Shown here: positions 10,036-20,294 of the stretch, in pieces | How the letters are laid out: the number at the start of each line of letters is the position of its first letter | Position numbering within the stretch: position 1 is the stretch's first letter | Assembly: GCA_965228855.1 (NCBI GenBank) | Contig: CBDDIJ010000003.1 | Span: forward strand, 768,001 to 832,000 | Source: Candidatus Obscuribacterales bacterium | GTDB taxonomy: Bacteria > Cyanobacteriota > Vampirovibrionia > Obscuribacterales > Obscuribacteraceae | Direction of reading: 5' to 3' | DNA: 64,000 nt | The notes under the pieces: generated by a model | Seen by the model: the letters and a program-made list of their open reading frames with translations, nothing else | What the model was told of the DNA's origin: nothing | Database searches by the model: none | Made by a program: the position numbers and the translations under genes

Positions 10036-13000
10036 TACTTCACCATAGCGGTTCGTTGTGCTTTGAAGAATTGAACGAAATCACCTCTGTCTGGTGCAAT
10101 CGTGCTTAGCACTGCGGTGGTTTTGATTATGCGTTTCGCGATTGCATTTGCTTCACGGTGATTCGATGCCATCAAAGTCTTCAGCGGTTTCACTGCGTAG
10201 CACACTGACGGAATCGCAAATTCGGTTGTGAAAACCGAGGTATCATTTTGCTTCGCTTCCTTGATATTTCTGTACTGGACTAATTCGATCAAGTTTGCGT
10301 GTGCGAAACCATGTTGTGCGTTGTCGCTAACAAGAACGTGACGTCCTGGTGACAAACTTATGCGGTTGCCTCCAGTGTTGATCACCACTGCGTTCTTGCT
10401 CTGGTCGTGTAGGTCATAAACGGACAAAGCGTTCTTTGTTTGCATTATGAGAGCAATGGCGCCAGCTGCGAGTTCGACACTTCCATGTGTGGTTTCAACG
10501 ATGGTATCCGCTTGTGGTGCGAACAGGACGTTGCCGTTAGAGAGAACGTGACGTTCTGCAGCCTTTTGTTTTGAACCACCCGCAGTGGCGATGGTATTCA
10601 TCTTCACGCCGTTGTGGTCTTCGCGTTGCAGCAGTTGACCACCATTGGTATGAATCAGTGCGTCTATTATAAGATTGCCCGAGTCGCTCGTTGCGGTCTC
10701 TTGGACTGCTTCTTCGGCGTCTGTAATTCCTCCAGCACTAAATGAGCTTCCGGTGTAGGTACTTGCGTTGCTGTTTTGCAGATTATTTTCAGCATCGCCG
10801 ATGGTACCAAGTGCGCGGCCGGTTTTTGAGTCGGTGATTCCGTTTGTTGTTTCATTCAACGCCTGAGCATCGACAGTCGCAATGTTGATGAGCGTATTGC
10901 GATTGTTAAATGCTGCTGAAGTTGTAGATGACGCCGTCAGAGTATTTGAAGTTGCGAGCAGATCCACCGAGCTCAACTCAGATAGTTGCGTGCTCATCGA
11001 ACCGGTCAGAATCTCTGATACAGCCGTTTCTACTGATGCTCCGGAGCCTGCGCCGAATACCGCGCCACGAGACATAGCCGCGCTCTTCACCGGTGGGTCT
11101 GCTTTGACGAGGGAGCCACTTCCGAGTGTGATCAACTTACCGTTTGTTGAGAGGTTATTGAATATCACGTTCTTATTCATCGCTACCACTGTGGCGGTAG
11201 GGGTCGGAGCTACGACTCCACCGGGACCGAAGTAGACTTTTCCTTTGCCGATTTCGGAGATCGTGATGTTCGGCGGCGTTGTTGAGAGAGTGCCTTTCTT
11301 TGGAGGCTGACCAATGGCAACCACTACTTGACCGCCCTTGCCAGCCGTTTGAACGGAAGCGCCCGTTTGAATGTCGATGTCCCCATTCACCGTATCCAGG
11401 GCCGCCAGAGTCAAGGCTCCATTGTTCGCCTGAACGTTGAGACCGGCATTGATGCGAAGGGTACCCGTGTCTGCAATTAGCGAGATATCTCCCGAAGAGG
11501 TAATCAAATCTGTGAGAACGGTCATGCCGCCGCTTGTGCTCTCAACGCTCAAGTCTCCGCCTACACCGTTCGATGATACTGTGATGGCACCAGTCACGAG
11601 ATCTTGGACATTTACATTTCCAGTGCTGCTGTTCAGGAAGAGGTTTTGTGCCGAAACCAACAACGGCTTCTTGCCGACGTTGCCAGCGTCGGTCGTCATT
11701 GTGAGTGCGTTGCCGACGCTGATCACTACACCCTTGCCCTGCGTAATTGAACCTTTAGCGCCTGCCGTCAGCGATACGTTTCCGGATGCAATCGCATTCG
11801 ACGCGCTCACGGTAATGCCACCTGCGTTGTTCACCACTATCACGTTTCCATTCGTAGTGCCAGCGCTGAGATTACCCATGACGCCATTCTTCGGTGTCTT
11901 CGTTCCGCCGATGGTGAATGCCTTCTTGCTGTCTGAGCGCAAAGTGATGGCGCCCGCGGTGCCAATTCCGTTTCCATTGGCACTCAGGTTGCCCAGCACG
12001 ATAAGGTTGCCTGTCTTGCCGTCCGGATTGTCAGCTTCGAAGGCCATGAATCCGCCATTGCCGTTCGCGCCTCGAGGTCCAACCTGGACAGCTGTTGGAT
12101 CTACAGTCAGGTTGCCGCCGGTCAGAACGTTTAGATTACCGCCGTTGCCTCCAGTGACTCCGCCGCGAGCATCGAATGTCACGTAGTTAACTGGCGCTTT
12201 AGGTTCCTTCGCCGGATTGCTTCCCACATAAGTAGTTGTCGTGTCGTTCGTTATGTAAGTAATGCTGCCACCGTTGCCGGTGCCACTGCCCATAGCGCTC
12301 AACGCGAGCGGAGAAGATGGTGTACTTCCCGCGAATATCGAGCTTGCGATCAGTGATATTCCACCACCATCGCCGGCTGCGCCGGTACCGTTAATCTGAC
12401 TGAGGAATGCCTGGTTGTTCAGATCAATATATGCACCGTTAGCATTGAGGGAAATTACTGCTCCGCGTCCGTTAGAACCAGCAGCGTTTATACCTCCGCT
12501 GGCGTTGAGTATGTAATCCGTCTCCACACTGATTGTGCCACCGGAATTAGTGCCGGTAGCATTCAGTATCAGGAATGCGCCGAGATTGACTGTATCAGTT
12601 GTGGTGAATGAGATTTGTCCACCGTCTCCACCAACATTGCTGTTCGCATTTAGCGTAAGAGCCTGGTTGCCCGATACGACGTAATTGAGGATATCTATGG
12701 TGATAGAACCGCCGTCGTTGCCGGAATCCGGTGTTGCTGTGATGTTGTTTACACCGGTGAGGGTCAAGAATCCGGTTTTGTCCGTGTCGATTGTGATTGA
12801 GTTTGCGCTGAGTGCACCATTCACATTGACCGGACCTAAACCTTCAATCGCGATATTGGCTCCCGCCGTGATCGCTCCCACCGTGATGGTTCCAGCGGCT
12901 TTGACCCCGGTCGGCGTGAGCCCTGCGCTCACGGAGCCGGAGTCAATCACAGGAGTTCCAATAATTTGAACTTCGGATATACTTGCAGTCACGTTGCCGG

Positions 13001-16000
13001 AACCCGCGGCACCGCCTGCGTTTATATTGCCGACGCTGACTCCGTTGCCGCCATATAGAGACACATCACCGCCAACTCCCGTGCTGGCCGCCGCGAAAAT
13101 CGGACCCAGCGATACTGCTCCCAGATGGGCTATAGCCGTGACAGACCCGGCATTGCCACCGGCAAAACTGCTGGTCGAGTCTATTGTGCCGGTGCCGGTG
13201 ATACTGCCGCCGGCTGGATTGAAGCCGGTAATATCGTAAGGCGTTTGAGATGTCGTCTGACCGCCAGTATTCGGGCTGAAAGTGAATCCTGCTAGCATCG
13301 TTATATCGCCACCGCTGGTAGTGCTACTGGCTGTGGTGATGTTGAAGTTTCCGAGGTTGACGTTGCCGAATGCAGCAATTACGACATCTCGTCCGCTGTA
13401 TGTCACAGGTGAGAGAAGGGTTACGTCTCCAGTCGGGTTTATGATCGAAACACCGGAGAAGATGAGATTGCTAGCCACGATGTTGCCGCCACCGGTTTGG
13501 ACCCAGTTTAGAGTTTTCATCGTTATATTGTTGTTGCCTGTATACAACGAGCCTGGATTCGAAGTAGTTGTCCCTGAGGGGTTATTCAAGAATACGTCGC
13601 CCGTAAAGGTTAGGTTTCCAAACAAATTAAGGTTGGCACCAGGAGCGGTGCTAAATGTTATTGCCGCTGGCGAACTTGGATTTCCAGGTGTGCCGGCCGC
13701 CGGCGTGGTGCCTATCAGTTGCGCGCCTGCTCCGCCGTTGACGGTCAGATTGCCACTCAAATTCTCAATGGTTATACTCGCGGCGGTGATTGTGGAACCG
13801 GGATTGGTGACCGTCGGCGTATCTAAGAGAACAGTCCCGGTCGTGTTGAAGCCTGATTGGAACGTGATACCGGTCGCACTAGTGGTGCTGAGTGCAACAC
13901 TTTGATTCGCACCAATAGGCCCTAAGCTTAATGGGTTGGAACCGTTATTTAGGGATATCGTTCCCGAGCCAAATCCGGTAAGTGACATGATGTTATTGTT
14001 GGCTGCATCAAAGATGGCATCGCCACCATTGATGGTCAAGGTCAGTGAAGCGGCGGTATCAAGCTTGCTCGTTAAGTGCACGCCATTTCCTGCAGTCATC
14101 GAAACGTTAGAGCGCAGGCTATCGATGGAGTTTAGTTGTATCGCCCCACTGGCTGATGTCAGCGTAATTGCGCCACCATTGCCGGTGCCGTTCGGCTTCG
14201 CCATCACATCGTGCAGAGTGATACCGCTGCTACCCGAGACCGTGATCATTCCACCGTCATTGTTTGTTCCTGTAGAATTTGCTATGAGGTTGGCCTGCGC
14301 TCCGAGGACCGCGCCTCCCGCTGTTATCTGAATGGGACCTGCGTTGGTCGCTGATGTGTTCAGGTTCCCTGAGCTCAAATCAAGTTCGACGTTATTGCCT
14401 GCTACCAGGAAGACACTGCCAGAAGTGGCCAATACATTGCCACCGGATGTGGTGAGCGTGATGTTGCCGGTCCCAGCTGCTCCATTGTTGGCAAAGAGGC
14501 TTATGAATGTGCCCGTCATGCTGCTGGCGATGAACTCGATATCTCCTGCCGCAAACCCACTGCCGCCCGCATTTGCACTGGCGCTTAGACCCCCTGTCGC
14601 GGTTAGCTGACCACTGCCCGCATCCAGCAAGACATCACCTCCGGCGGCAGTTCCGCTGGCGTTTAACGCAGCACTAGTTGTAATACCACCTGTGCTTAAG
14701 TTTCGGATAGCTATGCTGCCTCCACCAGAAGCAGTCCCTTGACCGAGGACACTAATTGCAGGTGCTAGAAAACTAGTAGCAGAACGGACAGTTATATCGA
14801 CCGTGCCTCCGTCACCAGCGGTGTTTCCGCTGTCAGCGAAGATAGGGCCTATAGATACAGTTCCGCTGCCGGCGTCAATCAGGAGATGACCGCCGCTACC
14901 ATTTCCGGAGCCTGACAGACCGACAGAGCCCACCGAGAAGTTGCTGGTCACGCCGGACTTCAAGGTCACTGTCGGAGCGTTAAAGTTTGAGGGGGCCAAA
15001 CCGAGAACGCTGCTTATTTGCAAATCGCCATTTGTGCTGACATCGATGAAACCAGGTCCAGCCGCGACGGAGTTGAGGCTGACATTTCCACCCGCTAGCG
15101 ATCCTCCAGTGAATGTACCAGAGTAGGAGGCGTCTGATTTTAGGATTGCTCCTGCAGTTCCGACGACCGGTGTGGCTGCATTCACTGTTATCGCTGCACC
15201 GCTAGTCCCGGACCCGGCACTGCCAATCGCTCCCAGGAACGAAATCGCAGTTCCCGTGTTGTGATTTGCCAGGATTGAAATAGCTCCATGTGTCAGAGTT
15301 CCGGAAGCATTTATTGAACCGGAGTTGGATTGGATGCGTCCAGTGTTAGCTGCCGCGCCCTGAAATGCAAGAAGCGTGATATCGCCAGCGGTGCCGTTGA
15401 CTGCTGTGCTCGCTGATGTTATTTGTGAGAGCGCGCCGCCTCCTGTTGTGAAGTCAATTGAGCCGCCGGTCGAAGAAGCCCCATTGATGGTGACATCGGT
15501 GTCTGTTTCCGTGAAGGCTGCGCCAGCTGCCATCACTACATTTCCTCCCGGACCGCTTGCACTGCTGGCGTCTATCTGGAGATTGGGTAACGTGGTCGAA
15601 ATATTACCGCCCGATACAATAAGAATTCCACCGTCTGCTGTGACGTTGTTATTCAGCTGAATATCACTAGTTGATGTAAGCGTTACCGGATCGGCTGTGA
15701 TGGCTGCGTTGATAATTAGCGTTCCATTGGCGCTCATGCGCACATCTTTACCAAACTGCGAACTGTTTACTGTCAAGGTTGAGCCGCTTCGCAGAGTAGA
15801 TGTTTCAGTAAAGTTCCATCCGGTGTTTATGAGCATCGCACCTGTTGATGCCAGGTCTACCGTAGCAGTGCCAGCAGCTCCGTTAACCTGAATACTGAAT
15901 TCTCCGGGGTTGCTGCCAACAGTCAATGGACCGGCGTTATTGTGGACAATTACCGTGCCACCGCTTCCTGAACCAGTCCCATTTGCTTGAAGTGATATAT

Positions 16001-19000
16001 TGCCTGCTGGGATCGTCAATCCACTGTAGTAGAGCGCGATTGTTCCACCGGCATTGTCGGTTCCTGCTGCGCTCCTATTTATTGTTGGAGCGCCAAGCGT
16101 GGAGAGGTTGAGAATTCCGGTGCCAGCATCCAGCGTCAAGCCCGCTCCGTCGCCGTCTGCGACCAGAGTCGTCGGCAGAGCGGATACGAAGATACCGCCG
16201 CTGCCTGTATTCCTTACCGTAATTTCGCCTCCGTCACCAGATGTGGTGCCGGCGTTGGCCGTAATTGCTCCGCTTCCATTGCTGCCGCCACCACCCAAAT
16301 TGAATGCGCTGGCGCTGCCGGAGATTAGAGTTACCGTTCCGGCGTTGCCGATCGTCGTGTTGCTGCTTACGTCGATTGTGCCCACTGAAATATTGCCACC
16401 GGATTGGAGGTAAAGATTTCCTCCGGCAGAGCCGCTCGTGGTGCCGCGCAAGTCGACGTTACCTATGCTGATATCTGCTAGTGTCGCAATACTGAGTGAG
16501 CCGTTAAATGTGGTTTGAGAAGCCACACTGTAGGTGCCACCGGTCAGCGCGCCGGTTTGGAAATTTCCGATAGTCGGTAATCCAAACGATTGAAGCGTGT
16601 TTGGTGTCACATCGATAGATGTATTACTCGGAACAGCAGTTCGTATCGAGATGCTTCCACCCTGATTCGCGGCCATATCAATTTTGGGAAGAACTATTTG
16701 ACCCGGCGAGACAACCACAACATTGCCGTTAGAACCGAATACCGGTGGTGGTACGAAGAAGCTAGATCCGGCAGCTGAAAAGAAATTGTTGACGTTTGAC
16801 GGATTGCTTAGGATATCTCCATATGCGACGAGTGTGATGCTTCCGCCATCAAGGTAAAGCGGATCCGTGCCCCCAAGTGTGTGCGCATCGATGTGGGTGA
16901 TCGCGCGAGCGGTGTACCCATCGACGCGAGTACTTCCGGCATCAAATAGAATAGAACCACCGGAAGTCGATTGCCCAAGAATGTTGATGGTGTCGCCGAC
17001 ACGCTGGAAGTTTGCTCCGGCAATAACTGTAATGTTACCGCCATCCTCGCCGCTGGTGGTTTCAATGGAGGCATCTGAAAAATGTATTCCAGGACCAGTG
17101 ATCGGGTTGTCGATAGTTTGGATAGTGCCACCAGCAATGATGGCAACACCTCCGCCGGCACCACTATACGTCGTACCCCCGCCTGTCGCGTGTGTGATGA
17201 TTCTGGTGGAGAAACTGATGTTTCCCTTTGCAGTCCAGAGCATTGTGTTCTGGTTGCCCGCATCCCCACTAACGACCGCTTGCTGACCTGCAACCAGGAT
17301 GTCTCCGAGCGAGCTGACCTGGAAGTTTCCGAAGAGGCTTACGTCTCCAAACTGGACTCCTCCAGTCCCGCCTTCAAGAGTGACGGTCGAAGCCGACGAC
17401 ACCAGGCTTCGGTAAATGACCATGCCGGCTCCGGAGGTAATCAAACCTCCTTTGACGGTCCCCGCGGTGATGCCGCCGAAACCTCCTGCTGTCGAAACTG
17501 TCAGCGCACCCGCTGGCGTCGACGTACTTATGTATATATCTCCGGTTCCATTAGTGTTGCCTCCACGAGCTATCGCTCCACCCATGGTGATTGCATCGGC
17601 GGTGTCGGCACCGGCGACGATTGCTATGTCTCCGTTGATTCCGGTGCCATTTCCCTTGGTGTCTACATCGAATGCGATTGATGCGGTTCCCGGAAGGATT
17701 ACCTTCCCTTTGCCTCCAGCTCCGCCGTAAGCGAGCACTGTAAGATCACCTCCATTGCCATTGCCGCCGGTGCTGATCGCCCTGAGGTTCTGAATCTTGG
17801 CTCCAGCCAAGAAATTCACATCTCCACCGGTTGCGGACGCACCATTAATGGTGACATCATTTGCATTGACGTTGAAACTGGCTCCTGCAACAACCAGGAC
17901 ATTACCTGCGTTGCCGTCAAAACTAGCATCCAGCGACTGAGAACCATTAGGTCCAGATAAAACATCTCCTCCGGCTACGACTACGATGCCGCCGCTGGTT
18001 ATGACGCTGCCGCCGATGGTGATGTCACCCAGCGCGGTCAGTTGAGATCTCAAAGTGCCATTCGGATTCTGGATCGAAATTAGCGAGCCGGTCAGCAAGT
18101 CACCGTTGGACTGGAGCTTGATCAATCCTCCGATCCCCGCTTGTACCTGGGTGACCGATGTGTCCCCGCCTCCTACGACAGTGGCGCTGCCTCTGGTTGT
18201 CAGATTCCTCGCCGTGACGGTTCCACCGCCAATAGTGCTTGACGGTGTGAGAGAGTTTCCGGAGGTGATACTGCCATTAGTGCCGAAAGTAATTGGTGAG
18301 CCGTTGGAACTGACCGGTTGTGTGTTTGAAACCACGATGTTGCCGGGTGTGCCTGTTCCGTTGAAATTGGATACGTCCTGTATGTTTATCGCAACTCCGC
18401 TGGTCGCGCCAGCGAGCACTGTGATGTTTCCATTGGCGCCGACGCCCTGTCCGTTTGCCTGGAAGAGTCGATTGGTACCATCTAAAGTGAGAATTTGCCC
18501 TTTGGCGCCTCCGGCGCTGGCAAACGCTGCCAGTGTGATATCTCCACCGCTGCCGCCTGCTGTAGAGGTGGAAGCGTCAATTCCCAGTGCTGCGGTAGCG
18601 CCAGACAAGTCGATGTTACCTCCAGAGCTTGAGGCTCCGTTAATTGTTACTGGTGTTGACGCGTTCTGAGTGATACTGCCGATCGACTGGTTCGGGAGAT
18701 TGCCGCCGGACACTGGACCGGAACCAGAAGTTATGTTTGCCCCGGCGATGATGTTTATATCGAATGCAACGCCGCTTAAATCGCGAGCTCTAATGGTCAA
18801 GTTCGGAACCGTCGTTGTGATATCGCCACCGGCGATGATGGCAAGGTCCTCACCTACGATCACGTTGCCACCCAAAACAATATTTCCGGTATTGAAATAG
18901 GTTGGGTCTCCGGTGAGGCATTGCTCACCGAGCACTAGAGTGTCTGTATCAGTGCTCACGTGAGCAGCCAGACCAGTCGTGTTGACCTTGCCGGTCAGGT

Positions 19001-20294
19001 CTTCGACAGTGACTGTCGCTGTGCCTTGTCCTGCGTTTATATTCAAATCTTTTGAATAGAGGTTGCCACCATAAAGAATACTATCAGTGGTGCCCGCGTA
19101 ATCTGCCTCTCGGAGGTTGATAGCACCGTTCAAAGCGCTCATGTTGCCGGCCAAGTTATTGACCAGCAGCTTCGCATCCGGGGTAGCAGTGAGTGTTATG
19201 TCGCCATTAGTTGAGGCAATCGAGCCATAGTTCGTAATTGCAGCGGAATTGAGAAGAACACTGCCGTTTGCCTGGGCTACCGCTCCACCTGCATTGTTGA
19301 TAGCTCGTCCGGCCGTCAGCTCCAGACTGCCGGAGCTGGAAATGTTTCCAAAGTTATTCAAATCGCGATCAGCGCGAAGTGCCAGATTCAGTTCCGGATT
19401 TGAAGCGGTTGAGCCCGATGAGATTGAGGCGCCCGACTCATTATTGATGTCACGCGCTGCAATCACCGCGGTGTTTTTATTTGCGTTGGTGGATATCGCG
19501 GTGAGCGATCCATAGTTTTGAATATCGCTTGTTACTCGCACACCATCTGCGGTGCGAGCAAAATCTCCGGTAACGGCTACGTTTTGAGGAATCACTAACT
19601 CGGATGCGCGGATTGTCGCTCCATCATCGCTGACGTTGTTGAGATTGAGAGAGCCGCCGGTAGCAGCTCCTCGATTGCTGAGTTCCAGCGATTGATCGCC
19701 GGTGGCCAGCTTCTGGTTCAACGCCGCAAATTCAGCTGCGGTCACTTTGCTGCCTGCTGAAATTTCCTTTGTCTGGTTGCCGACCTTAATTGAAACGGTT
19801 CCGGTCAGCAGATTATCGCCGACCGTAATATTTGCGGTTGTGGATGACAGGTCAAGTGACAAACCGTGGGTGACGATTTTCGATTTTCCGTTATCGTTAA
19901 TATACGTGCTGCGACCCTGGGTCGGGCGTTCCGTGCGAAATGTCGAGACCTGACCTGGAAAGAGTATGGCAGTGTTTTCTCTGCTGTTGATGTGATTAAA
20001 GTTGGGTTCTGTACGGGTGACGCCTACTGATGCCGCAGTCGGGATATTCGTGGAGCTTCTCAGTGCCCGGCTTTCCATCATCGAGACCCGATTCTCAAGA
20101 CGAACATCATGCCGTTGTTGGCGCAGTTCATGGCGTTCTGCGCGCAAACTTGACCTCGCGCCTGTACCGTGCAAATCAGGGACTGCATTTGGATTGGCTT
20201 GAGCCGCGGTTGATGTTCCGATCGCCAAAATGCTAGCCACGACCGAAGCGTCGAGAGCCTTAATCCAGTTCTGTTTCAAGTCTTGTGTGTTCAT
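10035..20294 (-). CDS. Giant secreted beta-strand-repeat (filamentous-haemagglutinin-like) protein, about 3,419 aa
   Basis: Likely start MNTQDLK (ATG 20294) with signal peptide ending AAQA; G/N/S/T/I-rich GG.I.L repeats throughout; Ser/Thr linker and distinct C-terminal domain. Confidence 0.85.
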   Translation of the reverse strand: MNTQDLKQNWIKALDASVVASILAIGTSTAAQANPNAVPDLHGTGARSSLRAERHELRQQRHDVRLENRVSMMESRALRSSTNIPTAASVGVTRTEPNFNHINSRENTAILFPGQVSTFRTERPTQGRSTYINDNGKSKIVTHGLSLDLSSTTANITVGDNLLTGTVSIKVGNQTKEISAGSKVTAAEFAALNQKLATGDQSLELSNRGAATGGSLNLNNVSDDGATIRASELVIPQNVAVTGDFARTADGVRVTSDIQNYGSLTAISTNANKNTAVIAARDINNESGASISSGSTASNPELNLALRADRDLNNFGNISSSGSLELTAGRAINNAGGAVAQANGSVLLNSAAITNYGSIASTNGDITLTATPDAKLLVNNLAGNMSALNGAINLREADYAGTTDSILYGGNLYSKDLNINAGQGTATVTVEDLTGKVNTTGLAAHVSTDTDTLVLGEQCLTGDPTYFNTGNIVLGGNVIVGEDLAIIAGGDITTTVPNLTIRARDLSGVAFDINIIAGANITSGSGPVSGGNLPNQSIGSITQNASTPVTINGASSSGGNIDLSGATAALGIDASTSTAGGSGGDITLAAFASAGGAKGQILTLDGTNRLFQANGQGVGANGNITVLAGATSGVAINIQDVSNFNGTGTPGNIVVSNTQPVSSNGSPITFGTNGSITSGNSLTPSSTIGGGTVTARNLTTRGSATVVGGGDTSVTQVQAGIGGLIKLQSNGDLLTGSLISIQNPNGTLRSQLTALGDITIGGSVITSGGIVVVAGGDVLSGPNGSQSLDASFDGNAGNVLVVAGASFNVNANDVTINGASATGGDVNFLAGAKIQNLRAISTGGNGNGGDLTVLAYGGAGGKGKVILPGTASIAFDVDTKGNGTGINGDIAIVAGADTADAITMGGAIARGGNTNGTGDIYISTSTPAGALTVSTAGGFGGITAGTVKGGLITSGAGMVIYRSLVSSASTVTLEGGTGGVQFGDVSLFGNFQVSSLGDILVAGQQAVVSGDAGNQNTMLWTAKGNISFSTRIITHATGGGTTYSGAGGGVAIIAGGTIQTIDNPITGPGIHFSDASIETTSGEDGGNITVIAGANFQRVGDTINILGQSTSGGSILFDAGSTRVDGYTARAITHIDAHTLGGTDPLYLDGGSITLVAYGDILSNPSNVNNFFSAAGSSFFVPPPVFGSNGNVVVVSPGQIVLPKIDMAANQGGSISIRTAVPSNTSIDVTPNTLQSFGLPTIGNFQTGALTGGTYSVASQTTFNGSLSIATLADISIGNVDLRGTTSGSAGGNLYLQSGGNISVGTIDVSSNTTIGNAGTVTLISGSASAFNLGGGGSNGSGAITANAGTTSGDGGEITVRNTGSGGIFVSALPTTLVADGDGAGLTLDAGTGILNLSTLGAPTINRSAAGTDNAGGTIALYYSGLTIPAGNISLQANGTGSGSGGTVIVHNNAGPLTVGSNPGEFSIQVNGAAGTATVDLASTGAMLINTGWNFTETSTLRSGSTLTVNSSQFGKDVRMSANGTLIINAAITADPVTLTSTSDIQLNNNVTADGGILIVSGGNISTTLPNLQIDASSASGPGGNVVMAAGAAFTETDTDVTINGASSTGGSIDFTTGGGALSQITSASTAVNGTAGDITLLAFQGAAANTGRIQSNSGSINASGTLTHGAISILANHNTGTAISFLGAIGSAGSGTSGAAITVNAATPVVGTAGAILKSDASYSGTFTGGSLAGGNVSLNSVAAGPGFIDVSTNGDLQISSVLGLAPSNFNAPTVTLKSGVTSNFSVGSVGLSGSGNGSGGHLLIDAGSGTVSIGPIFADSGNTAGDGGTVDITVRSATSFLAPAISVLGQGTASGGGSIAIRNLSTGGITTSAALNASGTAAGGDVLLDAGSGQLTATGGLSASANAGGSGFAAGDIEFIASSMTGTFISLFANNGAAGTGNITLTTSGGNVLATSGSVFLVAGNNVELDLSSGNLNTSATNAGPIQITAGGAVLGAQANLIANSTGTNNDGGMITVSGSSGITLHDVMAKPNGTGNGGAITLTSASGAIQLNSIDSLRSNVSMTAGNGVHLTSKLDTAASLTLTINGGDAIFDAANNNIMSLTGFGSGTISLNNGSNPLSLGPIGANQSVALSTTSATGITFQSGFNTTGTVLLDTPTVTNPGSTITAASITIENLSGNLTVNGGAGAQLIGTTPAAGTPGNPSSPAAITFSTAPGANLNLFGNLTFTGDVFLNNPSGTTTSNPGSLYTGNNNITMKTLNWVQTGGGNIVASNLIFSGVSIINPTGDVTLLSPVTYSGRDVVIAAFGNVNLGNFNITTASSTTSGGDITMLAGFTFSPNTGGQTTSQTPYDITGFNPAGGSITGTGTIDSTSSFAGGNAGSVTAIAHLGAVSLGPIFAAASTGVGGDVSLYGGNGVSVGNINAGGAAGSGNVTASISEVQIIGTPVIDSGSVSAGLTPTGVKAAGTITVGAITAGANIAIEGLGPVNVNGALSANSITIDTDKTGFLTLTGVNNITATPDSGNDGGSITIDILNYVVSGNQALTLNANSNVGGDGGQISFTTTDTVNLGAFLILNATGTNSGGTISVETDYILNASGGINAAGSNGRGAVISLNANGAYIDLNNQAFLSQINGTGAAGDGGGISLIASSIFAGSTPSSPLALSAMGSGTGNGGSITYITNDTTTTYVGSNPAKEPKAPVNYVTFDARGGVTGGNGGNLNVLTGGNLTVDPTAVQVGPRGANGNGGFMAFEADNPDGKTGNLIVLGNLSANGNGIGTAGAITLRSDSKKAFTIGGTKTPKNGVMGNLSAGTTNGNVIVVNNAGGITVSASNAIASGNVSLTAGAKGSITQGKGVVISVGNALTMTTDAGNVGKKPLLVSAQNLFLNSSTGNVNVQDLVTGAITVSSNGVGGDLSVESTSGGMTVLTDLITSSGDISLIADTGTLRINAGLNVQANNGALTLAALDTVNGDIDIQTGASVQTAGKGGQVVVAIGQPPKKGTLSTTPPNITISEIGKGKVYFGPGGVVAPTPTATVVAMNKNVIFNNLSTNGKLITLGSGSLVKADPPVKSAAMSRGAVFGAGSGASVETAVSEILTGSMSTQLSELSSVDLLATSNTLTASSTTSAAFNNRNTLINIATVDAQALNETTNGITDSKTGRALGTIGDAENNLQNSNASTYTGSSFSAGGITDAEEAVQETATSDSGNLIIDALIHTNGGQLLQREDHNGVKMNTIATAGGSKQKAAERHVLSNGNVLFAPQADTIVETTHGSVELAAGAIALIMQTKNALSVYDLHDQSKNAVVINTGGNRISLSPGRHVLVSDNAQHGFAHANLIELVQYRNIKEAKQNDTSVFTTEFAIPSVCYAVKPLKTLMASNHREANAIAKRIIKTTAVLSTIAPDRGDFVQFFKAQRTAMVK

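Noticed and set aside
10667..20236. Many plus-strand ORFs of 60-250 aa
   Set aside because: Antisense to the giant gene; Pro/Val/Leu-rich mirror of its Gly/Asn/Thr codons
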